A stretch of DNA of 64,000 bases, taken from contig HF988645.1 in assembly GCA_000434675.1 (NCBI GenBank), positions 3,522 to 67,521 of the forward strand. Reading direction: 5' to 3'. Made by a program: the position numbers and the translations under genes. The DNA comes from Faecalibacterium sp. CAG:1138. Lineage in GTDB: Bacteria; Bacillota; Clostridia; Christensenellales; CAG-917. Shown piece after piece: positions 1 to 10,258 of this stretch. Below the pieces are notes generated by a model that worked only from the letters and a program-made list of their open reading frames with translations, did not search any database and was not told the DNA's origin. Position 1 is the first letter of the stretch. Each line of letters starts with the position of its first letter.

Positions 1-1479
1 TGCCGCGTCGTCGACGACTTCAGGTTTAACCATAACTCTGATTTCGCGGCCTGCCTGAATGGCGTAAGACTGTTCGACGCCTGCAAACGAACCTGCCAGA
101 GTTTCGAGTTTTTCGATACGTTTGACGTAGTTTTCCAAGCTCTCGCGCCTTGCTCCCGGTCTTGCGGACGAAATTGCGTCTGCCGCCTGAACGAGAACGG
201 CCTCGACGGTTTGCGGTTCGATATCGTTGTGGTGAGCGGCTATTGCGTGAATAACTTCCTTGGATTCCTTGTACTTTTTGGCAAGGTCCACGCCGATTTG
301 AATGTGCGTGCCTTCAACCTCGTGATCGACGGCTTTGCCGATGTCGTGCAGAAGTCCCGCGCGTTTTGCGATTTTGACGTCTGCGCCCAGTTCTGCGGCC
401 ATCATACCCGCAAGGTAACTGACTTCCATGCTGTGTTTGAGGCAGTTCTGACCGTAGCTGGTGCGGTATTTGAGCCTGCCCAAAATTTTGACGAGTTCCG
501 GATGCACGCCGTAAACGTTACATTCGAACACTGCGTTTTCGCCGGCTTCTTTGATGGATTGTTCGACCTCTTTTTTCACCTTGTCAACCATCTCTTCGAT
601 GCGAGCCGGGTGAATTCTGCCGTCGGCGATAAGCTTTTCGAGGGTGAGTCTTGCGACTTCTCTTCTTATCGGATCGAAGCCCGACAAGGTTACGACGTCC
701 GGAGTGTCGTCGATGATGACGTCAACGCCGGTGGCGCTTTCCAAAGCTCTGATGTTTCTGCCGACGCGGCCGATGATTCTGCCTTTCATTTCGTCGTTAG
801 GAAGCGCAACCACGGACACCGTAGTTTCGGTGGCGTGATCCGCCGCGCAACGCTGAATAGCAAGGCTGATGATGTTTTTGGCCAGTTTTTCTGCGTTTTC
901 TTTTGCTTCTTTCTCAATGTTTTTCGCTTCTTGCGCGGCGTCTTTTTTCACGCCGTCGATGAGCGAATCGTAAAGGTTTTGTTTTGCCTCGTCTTTGGAG
1001 AGGCCGGCAACTCTTTCAAGTTCCAGTTCGATGCGCTGATTTGCCGTTTTCAAATTTTCTTCAAAAAGTTCGAGTTCCTTGTTCTTTGCTTCCAGAATAC
1101 GTTTCTGATTGTCCAGTTGATCCTGTTTTTTGTCGAGAGCGTCGTCTTTTTTGTCCAAAAAGTTTTCCTTTTGAAGAAGGCGCTGCTCGGTGCGTTGAAA
1201 TTCAGCTTTTCTTTCTTTCGATTCTTGTTCGAATTCGGTGCGCAATCTGTGTTGCTCTTCTTTGGCCTCGATGAGAGCCTCTTTTCTGAGGGTTTTGGCT
1301 TCAAGTTGAGCTTCCTCGGTAATTCTTGCTGCTTCTTGTTTCGCGAGACCGACTTTGTTTTTGGCGTAAGCGCGGTAGATGACCAGCGCGACGGCTGCAC
1401 CGACCGCCAGTGCCCCGACGCCGACGCCGACAAGGGCCCACGCGGAAGCGGCAAGCGTTACAATCAAATTGCTTGTCAT
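1..1479 (-). CDS. rny: Ribonuclease Y, partial (C-terminus beyond the left window edge)
   Basis: Open-ended, so absent from the ORF track. Manual translation from ATG 1479 gives [35 protein letters not shown] (TM anchor), a K/E-rich coiled coil, KH motif [15 protein letters not shown] (~750-795) and HD motif [14 protein letters not shown] (~320-360). Lies directly downstream of recA, as in other Bacillota. Confidence 0.9.
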   Translation of the reverse strand, partial: MTSNLIVTLAASAWALVGVGVGALAVGAAVALVIYRAYAKNKVGLAKQEAARITEEAQLEAKTLRKEALIEAKEEQHRLRTEFEQESKERKAEFQRTEQRLLQKENFLDKKDDALDKKQDQLDNQKRILEAKNKELELFEENLKTANQRIELELERVAGLSKDEAKQNLYDSLIDGVKKDAAQEAKNIEKEAKENAEKLAKNIISLAIQRCAADHATETTVSVVALPNDEMKGRIIGRVGRNIRALESATGVDVIIDDTPDVVTLSGFDPIRREVARLTLEKLIADGRIHPARIEEMVDKVKKEVEQSIKEAGENAVFECNVYGVHPELVKILGRLKYRTSYGQNCLKHSMEVSYLAGMMAAELGADVKIAKRAGLLHDIGKAVDHEVEGTHIQIGVDLAKKYKESKEVIHAIAAHHNDIEPQTVEAVLVQAADAISSARPGARRESLENYVKRIEKLETLAGSFAGVEQSYAIQAGREIRVMVKPEVVDDAA

Positions 1480-1592
1480 TGTGGATTATCCTCCTATATA
1501 TTTATAAAGCCGCTTGGCGCATGCAACGGAATTGGATTTTTGCATACACGACTTTAATTCCCCTGATGGTGTATTTTTTGAAAAATCGGCGA

Positions 1593-2582
1593 TTATGCCA
1601 TAAGTTTTTCTTTAATTTGTTTTTCGAGAGTTTCGGCGATGTCCGGATTTGCCTTCAAAAATTCCAAAGCTTTGTCGCGGCCCTGACCGATTTTTTCGTC
1701 GTTATAGCTGAACCAGCTGCCCGATTTGACGATAAGGCCAAACTGAACCGCGATGTCCAAAATACAACCGACGTTGGAAATGCCTTTTCCGAAAATGATG
1801 TCGAACTCTGCCGTTTTGAAAGGCGGAGCCACCTTGTTTTTGACGATTTTGACTTTGGTGCGACTGCCGATGATGTCCGCGCCGTCTTTGATAGGTTCGG
1901 TTTTTCTGACGTCCATTCTGACGGAGGAATAGAATTTCAAAGCCTTGCCGCCGGTGGTGGTTTCGGGATTGCCGTAAACTACGCCGATTTTGTCGCGAAG
2001 TTGGTTGATGAAAATGATGCTGCACTTGCTTTTGCCGCAGACTGCGGTGAGCTTGCGAAGCGCCTGACTCATAAGCCTTGCCTGAAGGCCCATGTGGCTG
2101 TCGCCCATTTCTCCGTCGATTTCGGCTTGCGGAGTGAGCGCCGCAACGCTGTCGACGACGATAAGGTCGATACTTCCGGAAGCAACCAAAGTGGCCGCTA
2201 TTTCCATTGCCTGTTCGCCGTTGTCAGGCTGAGATATGTAGAGTTCTTCGAGATTCACGCCGAGGTTTGCCGCATAGCTCGGATCGAGAGCGTGCTCTGC
2301 GTCGATAAAAGCGCAGGTGCCGCCGAGCTTTTGAGCTTCTGCCAGAATGTGCAACGAAAGCGTGGTTTTGCCGCTGGATTCAGGTCCGTAGATTTCGATG
2401 ATACGGCCGCGAGGTATGCCGCCGATGCCGAGCGCTACGTCAAGCGTCAGGCAGCCCGTCGGGATAACTTCGATGCTTTGATGTTCGGTTTCGCCCATTT
2501 TCATGATGGCGCCTTTTCCGAACTGTTTTTCGATTTGAGCCAAAGCTTGCTCTAAACTTTTGGATTTTTCTTTGTCTGCCAT
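1593..2582 (-). CDS. recA: Recombinase RecA
   Basis: 329 aa; [27 protein letters not shown], Walker [10 protein letters not shown]; RecA-like along its full length. Confidence 0.97.
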   Translation of the reverse strand: MADKEKSKSLEQALAQIEKQFGKGAIMKMGETEHQSIEVIPTGCLTLDVALGIGGIPRGRIIEIYGPESSGKTTLSLHILAEAQKLGGTCAFIDAEHALDPSYAANLGVNLEELYISQPDNGEQAMEIAATLVASGSIDLIVVDSVAALTPQAEIDGEMGDSHMGLQARLMSQALRKLTAVCGKSKCSIIFINQLRDKIGVVYGNPETTTGGKALKFYSSVRMDVRKTEPIKDGADIIGSRTKVKIVKNKVAPPFKTAEFDIIFGKGISNVGCILDIAVQFGLIVKSGSWFSYNDEKIGQGRDKALEFLKANPDIAETLEKQIKEKLMA

Positions 2583-2604
2583 AGTATAATTTTCCTTAGA
2601 TTGT

Positions 2605-3291
2605 TTATTTTAAGCGGAATTCTCCGCAAAGATATCTGTATAAAACGTGAAGCGCAAACTGCGTTGCGGCTATCCTGATTTTCGTTCTGTCGCCATCGAA
2701 AACGCGTTTTTCCGAGTGCAGAACGCCTTTGTCGTCCGCAAGGCCGAACCAAACCGTGCCGACGGGCTTTTCCTTGCTTCCGCCGGACGGCCCCGCAATC
2801 CCCGTTGTGGAAACTGCCAAGGTGTCCCCGCTTTTTATGAGGCCGAGCGCCATTTCCTCCGCCGTTTCGCGGCTTACTGCGCCGAATTTTTCAAGCGTAT
2901 CGCGTTTTACGAAAAGCCTTTGCTCCTTTGCCAAATTGTCGTAGGCCACGACTCCCTCGAAAAAGAACTCCGAAACGCCCGGGACCGAAACCATTTCGGC
3001 CGCAACCATGCCGCCCGTCAGGCTTTCCGCCGTGGCAAGGCGAACGCTTGTGCCTTTAAGTTTTTCAAAGACGGCTTCAGGCAAGGTTTTGCCGCAAGCG
3101 GAATAAAATCTGTTTCCAAAAACCGCTTTAAGCTTCTCGGTGGACGGCAAACTATTATCGTTTTCGCCGAAATTCATAATACTTACCGCAAAATCGAGGC
3201 CGTTTTGAACTATTTCGAGGTTTTCGCCATTGCCTAGTCCCGCGGCCGCAAGCTCCGCTTCCGTTGCGTCGAAAAATTTCAACGTTCGCAT
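2605..3291 (-). CDS. cinA: CinA-family protein (C-terminal PncC-type nicotinamide-nucleotide amidohydrolase domain)
   Basis: 228 aa; motifs [13 protein letters not shown] and GIAGPSGG; conserved pgsA-cinA-recA order. Confidence 0.85.
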   Translation of the reverse strand: MRTLKFFDATEAELAAAGLGNGENLEIVQNGLDFAVSIMNFGENDNSLPSTEKLKAVFGNRFYSACGKTLPEAVFEKLKGTSVRLATAESLTGGMVAAEMVSVPGVSEFFFEGVVAYDNLAKEQRLFVKRDTLEKFGAVSRETAEEMALGLIKSGDTLAVSTTGIAGPSGGSKEKPVGTVWFGLADDKGVLHSEKRVFDGDRTKIRIAATQFALHVLYRYLCGEFRLK

Positions 3292-3885
3292 TTACGCTTC
3301 CTCTTTTTGTGTGAACACGTTTTTGTTTTTGACTATGTAGTTCACTCCGCTGTAAACCGCAAGTGCCGCGCCGATGAAAAACGCCACGAGGCCTATATAC
3401 ATCAGCACTTTGCCCACCGTTGCCACCGCGTCGCCGTGCGACAGGAAAATCGGATCCGACGCAAAGATGATAACTGCCGAGCCGACGTCCTGAAAATCGG
3501 TCTTAAGTTTGCCCCAAACGTCCGCCGGAATGACAATTTTTTTGACGGCGGCCTGCATACGGAACGCGCTTATCATAAATTCTCTCGACAGCACCACTCC
3601 GCACACGATTGCGCCCCACGGATTGAATATAAGGTTGTCTGCCACGAACAGGAACATGAACACAACCACGAGCATTTTGTCCGCAATAGGATCCAAAAAC
3701 TTCCCGAGGTCGGAAACCTGATTATATTTTCTTGCGACGTAGCCGTCGATAAGGTCCGACAGCGCCGCTATTGCAAACAGCACGCCCGCAAGCATGCGAT
3801 GCCCCGGAAAATTCAGCAGGTACACCGCAACCACAACAGGTATGAACGCTATCCTCGATAGCGTGATTTTAGTCGCCGTTGTCAT
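3292..3885 (-). CDS. pgsA: CDP-diacylglycerol--glycerol-3-phosphate 3-phosphatidyltransferase
   Basis: 197 aa, multi-TM; CDP-alcohol phosphatidyltransferase motif DLIDGYVARK...GKFLDPIADK. Confidence 0.9.
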   Translation of the reverse strand: MTTATKITLSRIAFIPVVVAVYLLNFPGHRMLAGVLFAIAALSDLIDGYVARKYNQVSDLGKFLDPIADKMLVVVFMFLFVADNLIFNPWGAIVCGVVLSREFMISAFRMQAAVKKIVIPADVWGKLKTDFQDVGSAVIIFASDPIFLSHGDAVATVGKVLMYIGLVAFFIGAALAVYSGVNYIVKNKNVFTQKEEA

Positions 3886-5215
3886 TGACTACCACTCCCA
3901 CAAGGTCGAGTTTTCGAACCTTTTTGATTTTTACTTTATAGAAATTGCCCGCTTCGACAGGCGTTTGCGACTTGAAGTAAACCTTCGTATCGACGTCGGG
4001 AGCGTTGAATTCCGTGCGGCCGACGAACATTTGCTTGTCGTAGTCTATGCCTTCGTAAAGCACCTTCTGCTCGCTGCCCTCGAGGTTGCGTTGATTCTCC
4101 TGCACGATTGCGCTTTGAAGCTCCTGCAATTCTTTTTGGCGCTGACGCTTGATGCTTTTAATTATCTGACCTCTCATTTTTGCGGCCGGAGTGCCTTCCT
4201 CTTTGCTGTAAGCAAAGAAGCCTGCGTAATTGAGCCTTGCATCGGCAATGAAGTTATAAAGCTTGAGATGCTGTTCTTCGGTTTCCGTCGGGAAGCCGGT
4301 GATGAACGTGCTTCTTATAGCGATGTCCTCGTTGGCCAGTCTGATGCGCTCCAAAAGACTATTTATCTGCGTTTCGGTGGTTCTGCGCCCCATAAGCTTC
4401 AGAATTTTGTCGTCAACGTGCTGAAGCGGAATATCGAGATACCTGCAAACCTTGTTGTCTTCGGCAACGATCTTGATGATGTCGTCGGACAAAAGCTCCG
4501 GATAGCAATACAAAATTCTTATCCATTCCACGTCGAGTTTTTGCAGCTGCTCCAGAAGCGTCGGAAGCGCGTACTTGCCGTAAATGTCGATGCCGTAACG
4601 CGTGGTATCCTGCGCGACGAGGTTGATTTCCTTCACGCCGTAATTATCGATAAGCATTTTGGCTTCGTCCACCAGGCTCATAAGCGTGCGGCTTTGATAT
4701 TTACCCCTGATTTGCGGAATAGCACAATAGGTGCAATGATTGTCGCAACCTTCGGCAATTTTCAGATACGCCGTGTGATAATCGGTGGTCAGAATTCTGT
4801 TGGTGGTAGGCACGTCCGTGCAAGTGAGAAGCGGCCCAACTCTCTCGCCCGAAACGACTTTTTGAATGACTTCGGCAATCTGCTGATAGTTCTTGAAGCC
4901 CAAAAAGCCGTCCACTTCCGGAAGGTTTTTGGCAAACTCTTCCTTGAAGCGTTGAGGCATGCAGCCGGTTACTATGATTTTCACCGGACGTTGTTTTTTA
5001 AGCTCCGCCATTTCCAAAATGGTGTCGATGCTCTCTTTCTGCGCGCTTTCGATAAACGCGCACGTGTTGATGACGATAACGTCGGCTTCCTTGACGTCGC
5101 TTGTCAGGGAGTAGCCCGCCTGTTTCACATAGAAAAGCATATTTTCGGTGTCGACTCTGTTTTTGTCGCATCCCAAAGATATGGCTCCGACTTTCAGATT
5201 TCGCTTGTTTTCCAT
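3869..5215 (-). CDS. rimO: Ribosomal protein S12 methylthiotransferase RimO (MiaB-family radical SAM)
   Basis: 448 aa; N-terminal cysteines (LGCDKN, NTCAF), radical-SAM CDNHCTYCAIP, C-terminal TRAM-like region. Position upstream of pgsA favours RimO over MiaB. Confidence 0.82.
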   Translation of the reverse strand: MENKRNLKVGAISLGCDKNRVDTENMLFYVKQAGYSLTSDVKEADVIVINTCAFIESAQKESIDTILEMAELKKQRPVKIIVTGCMPQRFKEEFAKNLPEVDGFLGFKNYQQIAEVIQKVVSGERVGPLLTCTDVPTTNRILTTDYHTAYLKIAEGCDNHCTYCAIPQIRGKYQSRTLMSLVDEAKMLIDNYGVKEINLVAQDTTRYGIDIYGKYALPTLLEQLQKLDVEWIRILYCYPELLSDDIIKIVAEDNKVCRYLDIPLQHVDDKILKLMGRRTTETQINSLLERIRLANEDIAIRSTFITGFPTETEEQHLKLYNFIADARLNYAGFFAYSKEEGTPAAKMRGQIIKSIKRQRQKELQELQSAIVQENQRNLEGSEQKVLYEGIDYDKQMFVGRTEFNAPDVDTKVYFKSQTPVEAGNFYKVKIKKVRKLDLVGVVVNDNGD

Positions 5216-5255
5216 AGTGATTTCCTCTGATAAGTTTTTTGTGGTGTTGCGACGA

Positions 5256-8200
5256 TTATTCCTCGCCGTAGATCTGGTTGTATTCCTCCATAGTGATGAG
5301 GACTTCCCGAGGTTTGTTTCCCGGCGGTTGCGCGGTTATATATCCTCTGTCTTCCATCATATCTATAATCTTGGCCGCTCTGCCGAAGCCGAGCCCCATC
5401 TTCCTCTGAAGCTTGGAAATGGTGGCCTGTTGTGCCTGAATAACGAACTTCAACGCTTCCTTGAACATAGGATCGTCGGCCTTTTCGTCAAGCGGCGAAG
5501 CGTTTTGCGCTTCCAGCTGCTCGGCGGCCGCCTCTTTGTCGAAGTTGATTTCGTCTTCGATGACTTTGTCGAAATCGGTGTCGTTGTTTGCTTTTATGAA
5601 GCTTATGATGTTTGCCACTTCCTCGTCGGACGTAAAGCAACCCTGCAAACGCACCGGATCCGGATCGGACTGCGTCTGGAACAGCATGTCGCCTCGTCCC
5701 AGAAGTTTTTCGGCGCCCTGACGGTCGATTATGGTGCGGCTGTCAACGCCCTGCGAAACGCTGAGCGCCATACGCGCCGGCAAGTTGGATTTGATAACGC
5801 CCGTGATAACATCAACCGACGGACGTTGCGTTGCGATGACGAGGTGGATACCCGCGGCCCTTGCCACTGCGGAAAGACTTTGGATGCAGTCTTCCACTTC
5901 GCGTTTTTTCATACGCATAAGCTCGGCCATTTCGTCGACCACGATGACGATTTGCGGAATTTTGGTCATATTGTCGCTCATTGCGGCCTTCTGATTGTAA
6001 CCCGCGATGTTTCTTACGTCGAACTCTTTGAACATATCGAGCCTTCTGTACATTTCGCTGATTGCCCAGTTCAATGCGTTGACGGCCTTGTCCGCCGTGG
6101 TAACGATTTCCTTTATGAGAAGGTGCGGAATGCCCTGATAAATGGAAAATTCCACTTTCTTCGGATCGATGAGGATAAGCCTTACGTCCTCAGGCGAATA
6201 TTTGTAAAGTAAGGAAAGCAGCAATCCGTTGATTGCGACGGATTTACCGCTGCCCGTCGAGCCTGCGACCAAAAGGTGCGGCATGGTGGCAAGGTCTGCG
6301 CAATGGACCTTGTTTTCGATGTCCACGCCTACGACGAAGGTAAGCATGTCCTTGGTGTTGTTGAAGCTCGGATCGTCAAGCATCGTGCGAAGTTTGACGG
6401 TTCTTCTGTGAGTGTTCGGAACTTCTACGCCGAAAAGCGCTTTGCCCGGAATCGGAGCTTCGATACGGACTTTCAGTCCGCCGAGAGCCATGCCGATGTC
6501 TTCTTCGAGCTCTTTGACTTTGCTGACTCTGACGCCGTCGGGAAGTTTCATTTCGAACCTGCTGAAGGTCGGGCCCTGCGTGAGGTTTTCGACGGTGGCG
6601 TAAATTTTGAATTGCGCAAACTTGTCCTCCAGTTTCGCTTTAAGCTCGGAAAAGTCTTCCTGCGGAAGATCCGTGGCGGTTTCCTTGCTCAAAAGATCAA
6701 TCGGAGGAGCTTTGTACGGCCTCAGAACCTTTTTCTCAGCCATAGTCTGCTCGATGGTTATCTGCTCGCCCGAAAGTTTAGGCCGGTCGGCAGGCTTGCG
6801 TTCGTCGATTTTTATAGGTTTGACGTCTTCCAGAAAGTCGGTTGTTGCGGAAGTTTTCGACAAATTAGGGTTCGACTCTTCCCTCTTGATTTCCGGCTCT
6901 TTTCTGACGTATTCGGATTTCGGAGCCGGTTTTGGCTCGTCCGCTTTGACGGTTTCGACAGGTTTAGGGGTGTAATCTCTGTCTTCCCCGAACAGCGAGA
7001 AAATAGATCCGCGAGCGGATTTCTTTTCTTCCTTAGGGGTTTCCTTTGCCGGTTCCGGCTTAACTTCCTCCTTAACTTCCGGTTTAGGTTGAGGTTTTTT
7101 GTCTTCCTTTGCGGCAAATTCGACAGGCTTCGGGTTGTAGTCCCTGTCCTCCCCAAACAGAGAGAAAATGGATCCGCGAGCGGATTTCTTTTCTTCCTTC
7201 GGCTCTTCCGCCTTAATTTCCGGCGCGGCAGGCTTTGGCTCCGGCTTGACTTCGTTTTTAACTTCCGGTTCCGGCTTTTTGACCTGACTGTCAAAGACCG
7301 TCGGCTGCTCGAAGGTTTCGGCGTTTAGGGAAACCTTGCTGTTTGTTTCGGCGTAGTCGGACGGAACCACCTTTTTGCCGAGGTTGGTTTCGGCGCCGAG
7401 CGGGCCGTCTAAAATGTTCTGAATGGCTTTTGGCAGCTCGTTTTCCTTTACGTGCATAAAGTTGCCGTTTGCGTAAAGCTCCTCTTTGGAGGCCTTTGGC
7501 TCTTCCTTTTTCTCTTCCGCTTTAGGCGCGGGAACAGGTTCGGAAGCTTTAGGCGCGGCCTTTTTGTTTTTGCCGCTTCCGAAAATATCCTTTTCGGTGA
7601 GTTCGCTGTTTAGGATATCGTAATATCTATCCTTAAATTCTTCGTTCTGCTCGTCTTCGTTGCGGCTTATGCCGAAACGATCGTAAACGCTTTGTCCGCC
7701 GCGCGGCAAAACAGGGCTGTCGCCCAAGCGATTCGAGCGGACGCCGCCTGCTATGCTGCTGTAAAGCTCGGCAAGTTTTTCCTGATATTTTCTGTCTTCC
7801 TCGGCTTTTGCGGCCATGGCTTCTTCGGAAATGAAGCCTTTGCTGTAAGCAGAATATTCGGGTTTTTTGCCGTTTTTATCTTCGGTGGTGCGTTTGCCGC
7901 CGAAAAGTTTTTCCTTACTGCGACGCTTTTTGGCGGTTTCTTCGTCCTCGAAAACGGGAGCCGCTTCCTGCGGTTCGGAGCCTTCGCTGCCGAACGGAGC
8001 GTTCACGTCCTTCGGATACAATAAGTCTATCTGCAAATCCTGTTTGGATTTTTTCTGTTTCTTTTCGCCGAAATCGTCGGTATCGTTAAGTTTTCCCATA
8101 AACATACTCCTGCCGCTTCCGAGGTCCACAACCTCTTCTTTCACGCCGTCATCGGTGAAGGTTACGACCTTTGCGGAACCCTTGGAAGCTTTTTTGTTGT

Positions 8201-8762
8201 CGATTTTTGTGGTTTTGGTTTTGTAGGCCGGTTCGCGTTTCAAAAGCGGATAGAAGCTTAAAAACACCACCGTGAAAAACAGCAACATAAAAATGAGCAA
8301 GCTGGCCGTGATGCCCACGATCTTCATCACCGGATACAAAAACACTCCGCTGACAAGGCCGCCCGCCGTGGTGGAATTGTAGCAATTTTTCAGATATTCG
8401 CCGTAGTTATTGCTGGAAAGAAGCGCGGTTCTGCTGGTCAGGACGTGCAAAGTCAGCACTCCGAGAACGAACAGCAAAAAGTACTTCAGAATTTTTGCCG
8501 CAGGAAGGCTGACGGTTTTCCCGACGAGGATCATAACGCCCAAAATCGCGCCGCAGATAGCGTACGCGTAAGCGACGAGCCCCAAGGTCCCCACCAAAAA
8601 GTCGGCGGCAAGCTTCCCCACTCCTCCGAAAAGGCCGAAAAGGCACAACGCCGAAAGAGTGCAAATTATAACCACCAAAAGCCCGCCGGCAATACGGTTG
8701 AAACCGTTTCCGTCGGGACTATGATATCTTTTGTCAGAATAATATCTGTCGTCGTAACTCAA
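5256..8762 (-). CDS. ftsK: DNA translocase FtsK/SpoIIIE
   Basis: N-terminal TM helices, ~500-aa K/E/P-rich linker, motor domain with Walker A GSTGSGKS, C-terminal gamma winged helix. The track ORF starts at TTG 8795. I prefer TTG 8762, which has GGAGGA 5 nt upstream. The start is uncertain. Confidence 0.9.
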   Translation of the reverse strand: MSYDDRYYSDKRYHSPDGNGFNRIAGGLLVVIICTLSALCLFGLFGGVGKLAADFLVGTLGLVAYAYAICGAILGVMILVGKTVSLPAAKILKYFLLFVLGVLTLHVLTSRTALLSSNNYGEYLKNCYNSTTAGGLVSGVFLYPVMKIVGITASLLIFMLLFFTVVFLSFYPLLKREPAYKTKTTKIDNKKASKGSAKVVTFTDDGVKEEVVDLGSGRSMFMGKLNDTDDFGEKKQKKSKQDLQIDLLYPKDVNAPFGSEGSEPQEAAPVFEDEETAKKRRSKEKLFGGKRTTEDKNGKKPEYSAYSKGFISEEAMAAKAEEDRKYQEKLAELYSSIAGGVRSNRLGDSPVLPRGGQSVYDRFGISRNEDEQNEEFKDRYYDILNSELTEKDIFGSGKNKKAAPKASEPVPAPKAEEKKEEPKASKEELYANGNFMHVKENELPKAIQNILDGPLGAETNLGKKVVPSDYAETNSKVSLNAETFEQPTVFDSQVKKPEPEVKNEVKPEPKPAAPEIKAEEPKEEKKSARGSIFSLFGEDRDYNPKPVEFAAKEDKKPQPKPEVKEEVKPEPAKETPKEEKKSARGSIFSLFGEDRDYTPKPVETVKADEPKPAPKSEYVRKEPEIKREESNPNLSKTSATTDFLEDVKPIKIDERKPADRPKLSGEQITIEQTMAEKKVLRPYKAPPIDLLSKETATDLPQEDFSELKAKLEDKFAQFKIYATVENLTQGPTFSRFEMKLPDGVRVSKVKELEEDIGMALGGLKVRIEAPIPGKALFGVEVPNTHRRTVKLRTMLDDPSFNNTKDMLTFVVGVDIENKVHCADLATMPHLLVAGSTGSGKSVAINGLLLSLLYKYSPEDVRLILIDPKKVEFSIYQGIPHLLIKEIVTTADKAVNALNWAISEMYRRLDMFKEFDVRNIAGYNQKAAMSDNMTKIPQIVIVVDEMAELMRMKKREVEDCIQSLSAVARAAGIHLVIATQRPSVDVITGVIKSNLPARMALSVSQGVDSRTIIDRQGAEKLLGRGDMLFQTQSDPDPVRLQGCFTSDEEVANIISFIKANNDTDFDKVIEDEINFDKEAAAEQLEAQNASPLDEKADDPMFKEALKFVIQAQQATISKLQRKMGLGFGRAAKIIDMMEDRGYITAQPPGNKPREVLITMEEYNQIYGEE
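6972..7199 (-). repeat. In-frame tandem duplication (165-bp / 55-codon period) inside the FtsK linker
   Basis: 63-nt cores at 6972-7034 and 7137-7199 are near-identical (...cgcgagcggatttcttttcttcctt). Each encodes KKSARGSIFSLFGEDRDY(N/T)PKPVE. Confidence 0.85.
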
Positions 8763-8796
8763 AACTTCCTCCGATATACACTCGCACCGTAACAAA

Positions 8797-8883
8797 AAAA
8801 CCTTATATATAGTGCAAAATGTCTATAAATGCGTATGCGCACACACAATATATAGTCATTATAACACAATTATATAAGGTTTT
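8797..8883 (-). repeat. 13-bp perfect inverted repeat (aaaaccttatata / tatataaggtttt) with a 61-nt loop
   Basis: Arms at 8797-8809 and 8871-8883. On the minus strand the 3' arm runs into a U-tract. The loop holds the predicted ftsK -10 box. Confidence 0.7.
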
Positions 8884-8886
8884 CAA
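8858..8886 (-). promoter_or_regulatory. Sigma-A-type promoter for ftsK
   Basis: Minus strand reads TTGAAA-17 nt-TATAAT with TGt directly upstream of the -10. Confidence 0.6.
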
Positions 8887-8920
8887 CAGTTTTAATAGGA
8901 ATTTTCAAAAATTGTGCCGC

Positions 8921-10186
8921 CTAATCTCGGGGCGCAAAGTGCTTGGTCAAATCCACTTCGGTTTTAGGGCCGACGTAGCTTATGACCACGCGCGAAAAAT
9001 CGAACACTCTTTCGATGACGCGCTTTACGTCGTCCAAGGTTACGGCGTCGATTTCGTTCATGCGTTTTTCGGCGTCGAAAAGCGTCCCCGTACCCATTGC
9101 GTAACGTCCGTTAAGGCGCATAAGCGTGGACGACGACTCCTGCCCGAAAACGAAGGCCGACTTAAGCTGCGCTTTGCCCTTCGAAAATTCGGCTTCGGTT
9201 ATGCCCTCCGCTTTAAGCTTGTCGATTTCCCGTCTGACCGCGCCGACCGCCTTATCCAGATTGTCGGAGTTCGTTCCGATATAGACGGAATAGCACCCCT
9301 CCTCGGTGTACGCCGACGGATAACTATAGACCGAATAAGCAAGCCCCAGTTTTTCCCTGACTTCCTGGAAAAGTCTGCCGCTCATTGTGCCGCCGAAAAC
9401 GCTGCTGAGTATCTGAAGCGCAACGGTGTCGGGATCGTATTCTTTAAGTCCCTTAAATACGATAAGCACGTTTCCCTGTTCGGTTTTTTTGAATTTGGTA
9501 ACTTGCGCAACCGTGCCGACGGATTGTTCGATTTTGACGATTTTTTTCGTTTTTTTGGAAAATTTGTCCGAAAAATCTTTTTTTATCGTATCGTAAACAG
9601 CCTTCCACGGAAGGTTGCCGCACACGCTGACGGTGGTGTTGTCGGCGGTGTAAAAGTCGTTCATATACTCAAAAATCTGTTCTCTCGAAATGGATTTAAC
9701 GTTGTTTTTTCCGCCCAGAATCGGCCTCGAAAGACTGTTGGTTTCAAACCATTTTGCCGCCGCGATTTCCGCCGCAACGTCGGACGGATCGTCCTCGTTC
9801 ATGTCGATTTCTTCAAGAACGACGCCCTTTTCTCTGGCCATTTCTTCCTCTGAAAAAACCGAATTGAAATACATGTCCGACAGCAGCTCCGCGCACTTTT
9901 CAAAGTCTTCGTCGATGGAAACCGTGTAAAAACAAGTGTTGGTTTTTGAGGTGTAGGCGTTGATGTCGGCGCCGATTTTTTCCATGCTTTCGGCAATTTC
10001 GAAGGCCGATTTTGTGGCCGTTCCCTTGAAAAGCATGTGCTCGATGAAGTGCGAAATGCCGTTATTTTCGGCGGTTTCGTTTCCGGAACCGGTGTTCACG
10101 AACACGCCGACCGCCACCGAACGAACGTACGGAAGACGCTCGTAAACCAATTTAAGACCGTTTTTGAATTTGTAAAGTTTTTTCAT
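8921..10186 (-). CDS. M16 (pitrilysin) family zinc peptidase
   Basis: 421 aa; inverted zincin motif HFIEHMLFKGT. Same position as B. subtilis mlpA/ymxG downstream of pnpA-ylxY. Confidence 0.85.
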   Translation of the reverse strand: MKKLYKFKNGLKLVYERLPYVRSVAVGVFVNTGSGNETAENNGISHFIEHMLFKGTATKSAFEIAESMEKIGADINAYTSKTNTCFYTVSIDEDFEKCAELLSDMYFNSVFSEEEMAREKGVVLEEIDMNEDDPSDVAAEIAAAKWFETNSLSRPILGGKNNVKSISREQIFEYMNDFYTADNTTVSVCGNLPWKAVYDTIKKDFSDKFSKKTKKIVKIEQSVGTVAQVTKFKKTEQGNVLIVFKGLKEYDPDTVALQILSSVFGGTMSGRLFQEVREKLGLAYSVYSYPSAYTEEGCYSVYIGTNSDNLDKAVGAVRREIDKLKAEGITEAEFSKGKAQLKSAFVFGQESSSTLMRLNGRYAMGTGTLFDAEKRMNEIDAVTLDDVKRVIERVFDFSRVVISYVGPKTEVDLTKHFAPRD

Positions 10187-10214
10187 ATCTGATTTATCTC
10201 CGAATTTAACAATA

Positions 10215-10243
10215 ATTATATCATCAAATTCGCCTTATGTAAA
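10215..10243 (-). promoter_or_regulatory. Sigma-A-type promoter for the M16 peptidase gene
   Basis: Minus strand reads TTTACA-17 nt-TATAAT. Confidence 0.5.
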
Positions 10244-10258
10244 CCTTTTGGCGTCCCG

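Noticed and set aside
6965-7300. Repeats in ftsK considered as a CRISPR array or minisatellite.
   Set aside because: There are only two copies. They are in frame within a coding linker, with no spacer-repeat architecture and no cas genes.
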